Translations under genes and position numbers: made by a program
Assembly (NCBI GenBank): GCA_910592345.1
Contig: CAJVPI010000004.1
Coordinates: forward strand, 1 to 64,000
Direction of reading: 5' to 3'
Source: Paraglomus brasilianum
Taxonomy: Eukaryota
DNA: 64,000 nucleotides
Notes under the pieces: generated by a model
Seen by the model: the letters and a program-made list of their open reading frames with translations, nothing else
What the model was told of the DNA's origin: nothing
Database searches by the model: none
Shown: one piece after another, positions 37,256-48,690 of the stretch
Numbering within the stretch: position 1 is the stretch's first letter
How the letters are laid out: every line of letters begins with the position of its first letter

Positions 37256-37799
37256 AATGGTTACAAAAAAAAGACGGTGAGCATATTGGAGAGAGAGGGA
37301 TAATACAAACAACTTGGAGTGATAGTGATGAAAAAGAGAATACATGCCTGATTTTTTTCCCCTTCCTTTTCCTTTTACACATATCGTCATCTATAGACTG
37401 GCTTACATGTTACCAATTCGATATTACTTTTCCCAACTACTATTTGACTTGTATTGCAATTAGATGTGATTGTCATCTTATTAATAAAGGTAATGATATA
37501 TACACATAGACGTGAATTGAAGAGTGTTCGGTTTTTAAAATAGCCGCCAAGTTAGTTGAATAGGACAAGTTTATCAATTAGCATACCCAAAGCAAATTAC
37601 GGGGGTGGCGACAATTTGTAAATTTTATTAGTTCAGCCTCTGCACTTTTATGCTAATAATAACGTTGAAACCCACTCAAATGACGATATATTATACCAAT
37701 TGCGAGTATCAATCTGTTATCCCCAAGTGTATAATCTTTTTCATATCTAGAGACTTCTTGGTTATGCCGACTTTAGCAGCTTTTATGTAGAGTTTGATT

Positions 37800-37925
37800 T
37801 ACCGACTCGACATCATAGACGTAGTGGGCACTTTATTAAACAACATCATAAATACAAGATTGCAATAAATTAAATCGGGATGGATACTGTGACGTATTCC
37901 GTCCGATATGTCTATGTCGATGGTA
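37800..37925. mobile_element. Degenerate short MITE with imperfect TIRs
   Basis: Left TACCGACTCGACATCATAGACGTA vs reverse complement of right end TACCATCGACATAGACATA; TA termini. Confidence 0.5.
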
Positions 37926-38043
37926 TTTAATATTAATACTAATATAATAAAAACACGTTCACTTGGTAATCGTACCTACAGATAAGATATAAAGCCGGAA
38001 ACGTTGATCTTTCTATGGTAAGAGTACAACGTCCTCAGCAATG

Positions 38044-38207
38044 CCGTATATTCTCGTGAATAAGCACCCCTTCGATCATATAAAATGATCGGTAACCGTC
38101 ACATAAACAACAAGCTTTAGGGGGTTAGTTTACAGTAATCACAGTAACCAGAATTTGAAATAAAAATTTATAATCTCATATTCTTAAGGGGTGCTTATTC
38201 ACGAGAA
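38044..38207. mobile_element. MITE (pogo/Tigger-like), right tip eroded
   Basis: TTCTCGTGAATAAGCACCCCTT (38051-38072) and its exact reverse complement (38186-38207); left end begins CCGTA. Confidence 0.8.
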
Positions 38208-38249
38208 CTGAAGAGTATGTTTTCATTTTGTGAGTTTGTTGCTTTATGT

Positions 38250-38925
38250 TCCGCGCTAACAATAATTTCACACTTCGTTCTCTAGGACCTGATTTTCCAA
38301 CAATATACTTCGGATATAATAACCATTCAACAGATACTCAGAGAAGTACTCACTTTACCTGAGGAATATATTTTCCCCTTGCCATTAACATTATCTTTCA
38401 AGAAAGATCAATATATCCTTCGGAAGAAAGAAATATTATATATTGGTTACTATGTGTTACGGTCGGGTGGTCTGGTTTGGGAGAGCGATTAGTCTTTCGT
38501 GTAGGGGTGTTCTTCCGACTGGGGATTTAGCTTTGTGCTACCGCCCTTATTACGGTAGTTGTTCAATTAAGACTGAAAGCTAAACATGCGTGCTTCCTAA
38601 CTCCCAATACGAGTTCCAGTCACTTGTAATCCATAAGGGTACCCACGATAGAATAGCAACAACAATTATTATACCGCAGAATCGAAGGGGAATAAAATTT
38701 CATTTAATAATTAAACAGGGCTATCTTCGATTTGGTTTTTCAACTAGTCGGGTTCCGTCACTTGTCTCTAATAAACTAATTGAACAATTTTCGTTTCAAT
38801 AAATAATTATTGGCTCTTGTTCCTCAATTAAGAGTAATAGATCAGCGGACAAATACGTTTACAGCTTGATTGAGCCATTTATTAGTGTGTCCGGTCCAAT
38901 AATTAATATTTTAACGATGAAAGAA
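38250..38925 (-). pseudogene. Decayed intronless ORF, longer copy of the 5015-5380 relic
   Basis: Minus frames NYWTGHTNKWLNQAVNVFVR(TGA)SITLN(TGA)GTRANNY, YRGYPYGLQVTGTRIG and PVG.EHPYTKD*SLSQ..PDRN. Confidence 0.55.
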
Positions 38926-39169
38926 AGTGAAATTTCGATTTCAAAGGGAATTTATTATTCCGTGGAATGGGAATTATTGTTTTTACTAACCCAAACAACA
39001 TTCGATAACAACATGAGAATTTGACGATGGGACAAGGGTTGCTTATATACCTTTAGCGTTGCCCAAAAATTGAAACGGAGTTTCTAAGTTGACTACTGAT
39101 GTGATGCTCAAAAATCGCAACGCTGTACTATCATTATAGAATTAAATGACGGTCATGGGGTTTTTACTT

Positions 39170-40096
39170 GAAGATTTTACCATATGACTTGCTTATCTGA
39201 TTCATCGCTGTATAATAATAATTGTCGCAGCTGGTGCTAACCAATGGGGTTAGAGAATAGAATCTAATCAACCAACAGAAAATCAAAGTTTCAGATTTCG
39301 GCATCAGCTCACAAATAATTGTTTACAAAGTCGAATTTATTATTCAGTTAACATTTTCGATCTCTGAGAATATAATTGCTTCCATCTGTTTAATTTAGAT
39401 TTGTTTTGATTCGCTATTTGGATACTCAATTTCGAGTCTTTAATTTTATTACTCAAAATTGGAACATTTTCATATTATATATTAATCTGGGGCATGCTGT
39501 AACAAAGCCAGACAAGGTGAACGTTTGATCAAATGACTGGTGTGGCTGAGAAATTGCTAATATAACTGATAATGCTTTTTGGATGGAAGCTTTGTCTTAA
39601 AACACAGCTATGACTCACGCCTGAATTCTTAGGCCAATTATTATGCTTGACTAACATTCAAATTGATTAAGATAAAACTGACACAAACTTAAACTTTTGC
39701 ATATAGGATTATCTCTATAATATGAAATAATTTACAATGAAAACAAAAAATTACAGTTCAATTAGAAGCATTCTAAAAAAAAGCTCAAGGAGAAAAAATC
39801 GCCCCTTATGTTTTTAAAATCAATGATACCAAAATTCTCGAGGAATATCTAGATAAAGAAAGCATTACCACCAACCAAGAAAGAAAGGAAAACTAGAAGA
39901 AATGTAAAGTTACTTTATGAACCAACCATGATATTATGATTGAAAAAAAGATTGCACTCTTTGTGATGGGGTTAAATTCATCGAGATGGAATACTTAAGT
40001 CATGAGTATCAGATCTAGGAAAAAGTATCTTTTCTTATGCTAACATGCAAGCTGATCTGATGAATTCAGATAAGTAAGTCACATGGTAAAATCTTC
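39170..40096. mobile_element. Segment bounded by imperfect ~37-bp inverted repeats and containing a copy of the ~550-bp dispersed repeat
   Basis: GAAGATTTTACCATATGACTTGCTTATCTGATTCATC (39170-39206) vs reverse complement of 40059-40096 GAAGATTTTACCATGTGACTTACTTATCTGAATTCATC. Confidence 0.65.
39525..40040 (+). repeat. ~550-bp dispersed repeat, copy A (inverted relative to copy B)
   Basis: Long identical blocks with the reverse complement of 43150-43745, e.g. GGAAGCTTTGTCTTAAAACACAGCTATGACTCA and TTACTTTATGAACCAACCATGATATTATGATTGAAAAAAAGATTGCA. Confidence 0.92.
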
Positions 40097-40329
40097 CCGC
40101 AGATCCTATGATCGAAGAGTATTACGGTCGTTTCGCATTTCTGGCAACAGCACAAACGCCACTAGCTAACTTAGAATTTATTGGTTCTTTAAAAAGATTC
40201 TACAATGATACCTTCTGTTACGCATTTTGGGTTTCGCTAGAATATAGAGTGTGCATTTAAGTACTAAGTAGAATAGCATGCATTGTGCATTAGGGAGTGT
40301 GCATTTAGGGAGAGTCGACTGTAGATTGG

Positions 40330-40420
40330 ACGACTTATCGAGAATTTTTAAATAGTGAAAAGAACAGTAGAAAAGATTTTGGCCGACTTAAGCCAAAACC
40401 GACTTATCAAAGTGTACCGA
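40330..40420 (-). mobile_element. Diverged internal remnant of the MITE family at 8996-9166
   Basis: Reverse complement reads GATAAGTCGGTTTTGGCTTAAGTCGGCCAAAATC...TATTTAAAAATTCTCGATAAGTCG, colinear with the MITE interior. Confidence 0.65.
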
Positions 40421-40859
40421 CAGAGGCGGTAGAACAAAGGACGTTTATAGTAAAACTTATTTAGTGTATGTAAATTTTGTTATAACGTGTAACGGAAATG
40501 CTAGTTGGACAGGCTTAACGTTAATAAAGATCGGGATATATTGACATCTCCGATCCTAATATTTTTGGTTACCGTCTCGTTCGTTTACCTTAAGCACATA
40601 GTCATAACCAAGTCTTATCCAATACATTCGATTGACTTTTTTGTCATTTACAAATAATGAGATTAATAAAGCAGAAAAGGTAGGTTACTAACAGAAGAAA
40701 ACAAACAAATATTGATGGCTTTTTTTAGTTCTTGTAATGATACTTAAATCCAACGGTTGTTTTTTTGTATTAAATTCTATCCAATAAAATCGATGTTTTT
40801 TTTATAATGACAATTTGTTGAACATTACTAAACTGTCGTTATAAAAATTAATTTTGGAT

Positions 40860-40931
40860 ACATTGACATGCTCGATATAGTGACTTTTTGGGTTAAAATC
40901 GAGCGTGTCGTTATATCGGGTTTCACTTGTA
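40860..40931. mobile_element. Solo pogo-like terminal repeat
   Basis: Ends GTCGTTATATCGGGTTTCACTTGTA; its reverse complement resembles TACACAGTGAAAGTCGATATAACG at ~6894. Confidence 0.5.
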
Positions 40932-41163
40932 ATAGTATAACTTGAAAATTTAGCCATTTGTTTGGGTCATATTAATATGGCATACGCCAGACCAATTTAA
41001 GCTAAGTTTTAGTATAAAAATTGTTCCCGTGCTCAATATTTTTGGCGGGAAATTTGCCCTAAGCGGAAAATATTCTCTTGTTGGTCGCCCTCGCTGGCTT
41101 CAACTGGGAAATCATTACTAAATATGTCAATGATACACTTATAATAAACTCTATTATTATTAT

Positions 41164-41478
41164 TTAAAATTCTCTAAAAATCGTATCAGGAACAGTCCTA
41201 TGACTCTTATATTTTTTGCCAGCCAAATTCTGCCTGTGGTCCTTTCAATCACTTCCGATAGCAATCCATAAATCGTTTGGACCTGGCTGCATATTTTCGT
41301 ATCGTCTGCAGAGAAATCGAATCAAATGCAGATGAAGAGTTTTCTTCAAACCATTCCAAGTCTAATTACAATGTTGCCGCGTATGTCTCTTAACAGCGCC
41401 CCAATACTGCTCAATAGAATTTAACTCGGCATGAAATTTGGAATAGAAGATAACTTTATGACCCCTGCTCTCAATTAC
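41164..41478 (-). pseudogene. C-terminal relic of an IS630-Tc1-mariner superfamily DDE transposase
   Basis: VIESRGHKVIFYSKFHAELNSIEQYWG/AVKRHTRQHCN*TWNGLKKTL/SAFDSISLQTIRKYAARSKRFMDCYRK*LKGPQAEF/KKYKSHRTVP, with stops and frameshifts; fits the FLPKFHCELNPIE..YMDAYRKGL..KKYKSHR fungal transposase pattern. Confidence 0.85.
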
Positions 41479-43149
41479 CCATTGTCAAAGAACGAGAAAA
41501 TTTTGTTTGCAGATCATCTTTTATTCAAGTTTAGTGTAACAAATTATTTCCATTTTGTTAAGGCCTTAATAAATCGGCATGAATGAAGATTAAATTCGCT
41601 CAAAAAGGTTGTTTTAAATTTCGGTTAATCATATAAACTAAATATAAATTAACTAAACTTTGAAAAGTTATATCTCAAGCCACAGGTAATCTCTGTCAAA
41701 TTCGAAAGGTCAATTGTTAATGTTTATCAAGAGAAACAAATTGACGGTTTTAAAATTTGAATTATTAATACAGAAATGCTAGTATTTTTCTTTGAAAAGC
41801 ATCAATTTTTGTTTGATGCGTACTGTGTCCCCCACCATACAAGTCTGAGAATTCAAGTGGCAAGCGAATATGTGACACCAGGGAGTCAGTTATACATAGA
41901 AATATAGATAACCCTGTCAAAATAGTGAAACAGTAGTTAGATATATAAGCAGTCATAATTTCCCTTAGTAAACATAATCTTCAGCATCTTCAGCATGTCT
42001 TGAGCGCATCCTCAGCATATTTGGTTCTATTTATCCTTATAATTCTTTTAATTAGAATGGCTCTTTGAATTCTAATAAATCTGTAATTGTGTTTTCGTCC
42101 ATTTCCTTGTAAGTTTTATCAAATCGCTGATTAATATTAAGGGTGAAACGCTTTCTCGATCGGCGGTTAATAAGTTTGATCTTGTTATCAAACTTATCGA
42201 ACTTAGGCATAAGGATTGTTATTCAATTGTGTTTGACGCGTTACTATTATTGAAGGCTTCGCCAACCGATAGATTTTTGTCATAATCGAGTGTGTGACTC
42301 AGAGGTTGAATAATATCCAGAGCAAGTATATACAGGTAATCGGATATTGTCCGTGAGTATTGATAAATCCTATAAGGTCACTAATTGGTTAGAAATTTAG
42401 CGAAGGAACGAGCCTAATAGTTCCGCTGGAAGACGACTAAATTCCAAGGACGCTCTCCCACGTGTGGCAATCCGACAATACCCTCTTTGTGTTTGTCCTG
42501 CGACAAACATCCTCACTGTAGCATACTCCTTCCAGTATTTACCAGAAAGCACTACGTCAAGCCAGTTTACTCAGATTTAGGTTCTCTTTGAGAGGCGTTG
42601 CATTTTGAAATATCTCTAACCAGTGTGGATTTCGAAAAAGAGATCGTATATTATTTGCAAACGGTTAATTATTCAAAATGGAATGTCGTGAAATATCTGT
42701 CAGAGAATTTCGAATTTTCCTGTGAAAATGCAACGGAAATAGAAGATCATCTAACGCAAAAGCTACGAATGATCCCCTCAGTATATTATTTATTATATCA
42801 ATTATGATCGGATTAGGAAATAATAATAAATCCAGCTCATGTAAACCAATTATCCCAAGAATTTACACAACTCGATTGTTTCCATCATAACAATTGTCAT
42901 AACAATTTCTGAATTTCTCTGCAAAACGCTCTTTAAGCTGTCCGCAAGAAAGCATTTAAACTTTTTACATCTATCAAGTCAACATTTGAAAGGCGCTCTG
43001 AGATCAGCAGATCTTTGAATCGCAAGACCTTAAGCTTTCTGAGGTTGGTATATCTGATGACTTTTTTATGACAGACACTATTACTATTATTCTGGCACAT
43101 ACTAATAAACGAAAGACAATGTACATTTTGTTGCAGCATGCCCCATATC

Positions 43150-43745
43150 AGCATAAGAAAAGATACTTCTTCCTAGATCTGATTAAGTATTTCATTTAAC
43201 CCGTCACAAAGAATGCAATCTTTTTTTTCAATCATAATATCATGGTTGGTTCATAAAGTAATTTTACATTTCTTCTAGTTTTCGTTTCTTTCTTGGTTGG
43301 TGGTAATGCTCTTTTATTAGTTATGATTTTTCGTTCTTCTTGATAAATTTCATAAGTAATTTTTTTTTATCTATAGATATTTCTCGAGAATTTGGTATCA
43401 TTGATTTTAAAAACATAAGGGCGATTTTTTTTCGTTGCGCTTTTTTTTAGAATGCTTCTAATTGAGCTATAATTTTTTGGTTCTATTGTAAATTAGTTCA
43501 TATTATAGTTTTACATAGAGATAATTTTATATCAAACATATTATAATAATAACATCAAGCAAAGTTTGTGTCAGTTTTATCTTAATCAATTTGAATGTTA
43601 GTCATGCTTATCATGATATAGTAATTGGTCTAAGAATTCAGGCATGAGTCATAGCTGTGTTTTAAGACAAAGCTTCCAAAAAGCATTATCAGTTATGTTA
43701 GCAATTTCTCAGCCACACCAGCCATTTGAGTTCATGTGATCAAAT
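43150..43745 (-). repeat. ~550-bp dispersed repeat, copy B
   Basis: Reverse-complement match to 39525-40040 with small indels. Confidence 0.92.
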
Positions 43746-45983
43746 GTCCAAATACTTGCAGACAAGGATTCCACTTCAGACTGTATTTTGGAATTTCAAG
43801 AAATTCCAAAAAGTGCAAGGAATTCGTGGCACAGCCTACAATATAATCGGCGGATTTTGAACACTCGGTAAATTTTCGACAGTCGGAAATACGAAGGCGA
43901 TTACTTAGTAGAAAATGAACAAGCCAATAATTTAGCTTAGAGACACGTTGATCAATTAGTAGCTTTGAAATATAAAAAGCAGTGTAAGAGCCAGCTAGTT
44001 TTCGGCGTGTTTCAAAGTCTCAAGATAGTGTGAAGTTCAATATAAATATTCCGATTCCTTTATTTATCTTATTAATAAACGAGTATCATATTTCCTCTGA
44101 TCATAAACTATTTACATATTTCCCTAAATTAGTCGATATAGGTAGAGCCACTAATCCCTATATCGGAGAAGGATAATCGCTTCTTGTCCTGCGATTATCT
44201 GAATAGCGAACTACGATAATTAATTGTTGAGAAATAGACGCGTTAATATTACGGTGTACCCCATATGGCAGACTGTCGAATTAATCCATCGATAGATAGT
44301 CGTTCAATATATCTCGAGAGCAGAAGATTGGTGTCGTGATCCGGCAAACAGAAGTACCGTCAGCGTTAAAAGCCTATACAACAGGTCACTAACTGTCAGT
44401 TTGGTTAAGCTATTAGTAGGAGGCGCTACGCTCCGTTCGAAGACTGCTAAATCTCTACGAGTCACGTATCATTCAGCTCTCCCGTAACATTTGACTCGAC
44501 AAAAGGTTTATGGTTGAAAAGTGGAATAATATTCCCAATAGCCTTCTAACTAGTTTAATATGTTCAACAAAACAACACTGTAGGGGACTTGTTGCAAAAA
44601 AAAAAAAGTCATCTACTGCTTTCAAGCTTTAACATGTTATATGATATGGTTTAATTGGCTTACTCATTGTAAAATTAGAACAATTTAAACAACTGTAATA
44701 AAACATCTAAAACTCTTGAATATCTAGACCAAAATCGGATAAATTTAGCAGAATATTTTAAACCACTACTTATAAATTTTCATTTTCTATTACTATTGCT
44801 AACTCTGGTAATTGAAATTTATCTTTTAACACTGTCTTATTATTTTTTTCTGTCATTCTTGTAAAGAGTTAGGAAATTCTCGTTTTCCGTTCCCGTTATT
44901 AATTCGCTAATTTGTTCCATACATTGTTTAATTTGATGAATGTGATAAAAACAAAACAAAAGATCCTCTCCTATTCATATGACGATCATTTGCAGATTGC
45001 AGATCTACATGCAACGATAAATCAAGGCATGAAAGCGCTATGAACTGGCAGTGAGCGAAAATCCTTATTGACCGATAATAGCTTGTGGAATGGTAAGGAC
45101 TGCGACAAAACACTCTTTTCTTATCCACCAAAAACCCAATCCTTGAAGACATAAAATAGGCGGGAGTTAATAATAATTGTAGAGTGTAGTACAACAGTTC
45201 AGCACAAAGGACAGATTGTGCGATCACACTATCGCTATAATGGGGTCTCAAAATGTGTGATATTGCCTGATCTTATCTTTACTTCTTCGCCATGTTAAGA
45301 GGTCATTACCGGTTGGGGAGTTGTTATACCCTTAATTCTTACTGGCCGAGTTGAGGTTGTTTTCGGTTTTTTTCTTCGACTCCAAGTTTGTGCAGGTATT
45401 GCGTGAGCAGTGTTATGTTGCAACTGCATATATTGCTTCCCCGTACCACATCCCTGAGTGAAGATCACACAATTCAATTGACAGATGTTTGATTATTTAT
45501 ACAGCTGGTATTTTATTGCATCTGCTTGTAGATTACTGTTTAGTCAGGCGCATATGAATTAAGCTTCGCTCGCATCTACTCAAATCGGCTCCCATACAAT
45601 ACAAAATACTCCCGACGCAAAATAACAAAGAATATGCACTTTGAGTGATTAACCGATAAAGACGGAAAGGCTTCCCTTTGCCGTACTACGAATGTACAAC
45701 AAAATATCACTAAAAAATTTTTCTTCAACTAATAGAGAAAACGGGTTGGGATGTTGGCCCCTTGATCACTGAAATCTTTGTGTAAGACAATCAGTTCTAT
45801 AAATCGATAAGGAGGAATAGTAATAGTAACGGCCATAATAATATTTAATATTGAAATAATGATAACTTATATTTTTTTATGCATATAGCATTCCGATTCA
45901 GTATTACCACTTACGTTATCAACTATCGAAAAACTATATCCATTCCCTCTCACCCTTCTCTCGAAAATCAACTCCCATCCAAC

Positions 45984-47471
45984 ATGTCCGTCCAAAGAAC
46001 CAAACCGTTTTCAATAGCACTGAATGAAGCTCACATCAAATGGGTCAAGGAAACGGCAACTCAATTCGACGACTGGCAACCAAATAGAAGAAAGTATCAG
46101 AAAAACGTTTTATTAGAGTTTGAGAAGAATTTCCAGTTGTCTGGACAGCAGGAGGCAAGGCAATTATACAGTTTGGCAATACAGCATGTGTTGAGCGATC
46201 CGATTATCGCAAAGGATGAGAGCACGATGGCCAAATTAACAAACAGGAAGCTGGCATTACAAAAAGTAAGGACTTTGTTGAAGAAGCAGCCAAGCAATTT
46301 ATTGGTAGAGAAACTGTCTACCTTGGGTCGGATATTTTCATGTCCAACTCTTACTCAACCAACGCTTCACTTCTTGCTTTATATCGTCGACAGTCAGAAA
46401 CAAGAACAAATGAATGGAGGCAATACTGGAAACAGCCTAAAGCACATGAAGACCTCCAGGTAAATAAATACAAGTTTAACATGCTAGGTCTTGTTTCATT
46501 GTTTGTGAGATCGTCCATTACCATTGTTTGCATTGTCATCCAACACAATGATGGGATACACAATATGTGATTCTTGTGGAGTATAACGGCCTAAACGGGT
46601 GGGATGACGGGTATAAAGAAAATCTTAAATAAGGGAACTGCTAGATAGTATGAAAGCGTAATCTAAAAATCGAAAACTCCAAAGATAGATCGTTTGAATC
46701 AATCCATGATTGTCCCTCGTCTCAACAGACTCTTGATATCCGGGATCACTTCAACTAATTTCTCTATTTTTCTTTTTTTCTTCTTTTTTTTCTATTATCC
46801 ACCTCTCTTGCAAACCACGTCTGAAAACCTTCTAGCTCCAATTTCACCATCCGTCACTCCCAGATTACTCTCCATTTCATGTCGAGCCATACTTTCTGTC
46901 CGGCTTTCCCCCGTCTCCAGATGATCAGCTAATAACACCTTCCCCAGGTCCCTGCGACCTCTGCGACCTCTGCGACCTCTGCGACCCCTGCGATCCCTAC
47001 GATCCCTGCGATCCCTGCGATCCCCGCGATCCCTGCGATGACGATGCCCTACATAAACCCTTATTCAAACTCGTCCTCTTTGCCTTGCTCCTGCTTACTA
47101 TTCGTTTGTTCGAAACAACATTCACACTTCTCATCCTCCGCCCATTTCGCACGATAACATCATTTATTTCCCGCTTTGCGCCCGTCTACATGGCAGCGAT
47201 TTTTTCAGTGTGCCTCGCCCTCGTAGCATTAGAACATTTAATACTAATATCGCTCTTATCTATACTGGTAACAGTAAGAGCAGTAAAGGACTTCACAAAT
47301 TGGGTGTCGGGGGTGGATTATCGGAGCATCAACGGAAAACGGCTTTTACTAAGAGGAATGCTGGGTTGTGTTGGTTTGGGTATTGTACAGTTGGAACTGA
47401 TTAAGATGCACCCAATGGATTGTTATTTTTTCGTTGTATTTTTTGTACAATTAATCGGTGATTGTATGTAG
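45984..47471 (+). CDS. Putative three-exon orphan gene (45984-46265, 46394-46459, 46836-47471; ~327 aa): helical N-terminus, Cys-Asp repeat, hydrophobic C-terminus
   Basis: Phase-0 donors GTAAGG (46266) and GTAAAT (46460); acceptors CAG (46393) and TAG (46835, after a pyrimidine tract); frame open 46836-47471. Linkage of exon 3 to exons 1-2 is inferred. Confidence 0.5.
46950..47039 (+). repeat. Ten tandem 9-bp units encoding PCD-LCD-LCD-LCD-PCD-PYD-PCD-PCD-PRD-PCD
   Basis: C(C/T)C TGC GA(C/T) x10, in frame with ORF 47085-47471. Confidence 0.95.
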
Positions 47472-48690
47472 AATGTATTTTCTCCCTGTAAATAGAAAGA
47501 AAAAAGGAAAAGAAAAAGAGAGCCGAAAGGCCGTGGAAGTAGAACAGAATCTTAGATAAAGTATTGCTTAAAAGAGATAAAGAGATATTCTTTAGATATT
47601 CTTATTTACTGTAAATAAAAATGTACAAGAAATTTTGTCAATCACAATTTGAAATTGGAATCAAAATTTTTGCTTCAGTGTGTGAACGATGGAATTCTTC
47701 TAGTTTCGATACTGAATTGTCCAGTCATTCATTTATGAATTTGGCCCTTCTATATGGTAAGAAACTGTAATTTATTGACAGCGACCTTCCACGTGCTGTA
47801 AATTATATACAGCCTTCCGTTACACAATTGCTGATACATCAATGGAGAAATTAATATTAGAAGAACCTTTTCCAGGGAATTTTAAAGTAATGATAAGGCG
47901 CGCTCTAGCAGAAAGATGGGATAATAAAGTACAATCTTGAGATTTGGTATGTAAATACCATATTGATAGGTTTCACCTTTTTGTTTGAGGAAATGGCCAA
48001 GAGTTCTTTCGCCTAGTTAATTAAAATAAATAAGAAACACTATCATTTTTTTATGTCTTTTATCACTTCGTTCCAGAATTTCGCCATCGGTGCGATTCTA
48101 AAGTCTGCAACGATGCTAAATGCTTAATATTAGAAATGTCGAGGAGGTGCAAAAAGTCTGGAAGCGTTCATGTCTGCTTGTTCTGACCTACATCCTGCGG
48201 TTCACTACCTTATAATTTTGATAGTGATAGGAAGGCTACTTCAAATTTCAAGGAGCATCAAAGTGTGGCGATGCCTTACTATGGAATGCTCCCCAGCATC
48301 GGGCCGACGCGTTAAACCTTCTGCATCATAGGCTGATTTTCATCATCCTTATTGTTGAGACAATCATATTAAAGATGTGAATCAGGAAACCTATACAGAT
48401 ATCAATTGTAAAGTAGACAGTTGTGATTACAAGTGTGAATAATATATTCAACTAGTACGACACTTTGCTATTACTGTATGAAACAATTGGCACAGGTGCC
48501 ATTACAACCTACCATGTCAATATGCATTGGTATTTGGTATTTCTTCCTTAGCAATAATCATTTATGATTTAATAAGTCCCCCATACATTCATTGTACACC
48601 CTAAGCAAAGTAATTGTCGCTCATCGTGAGAATTTGCCTCAAACGTACCTATCTGATATCGTTTTAACCGTCAGAATATACAAGTCTATT

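Noticed and set aside
37541..37548. TAGCCGCC, the yeast URS1/Ume6 core, 1.3 kb upstream of hop1
   Set aside because: Single 8-mer lying beyond the neighbouring gene; Ume6/URS1 control is established for budding yeasts, not this lineage
47700..48550. Possible Mutator-type transposase relic (RNVEEVQKVWK)
   Set aside because: Too short and degraded to support a call
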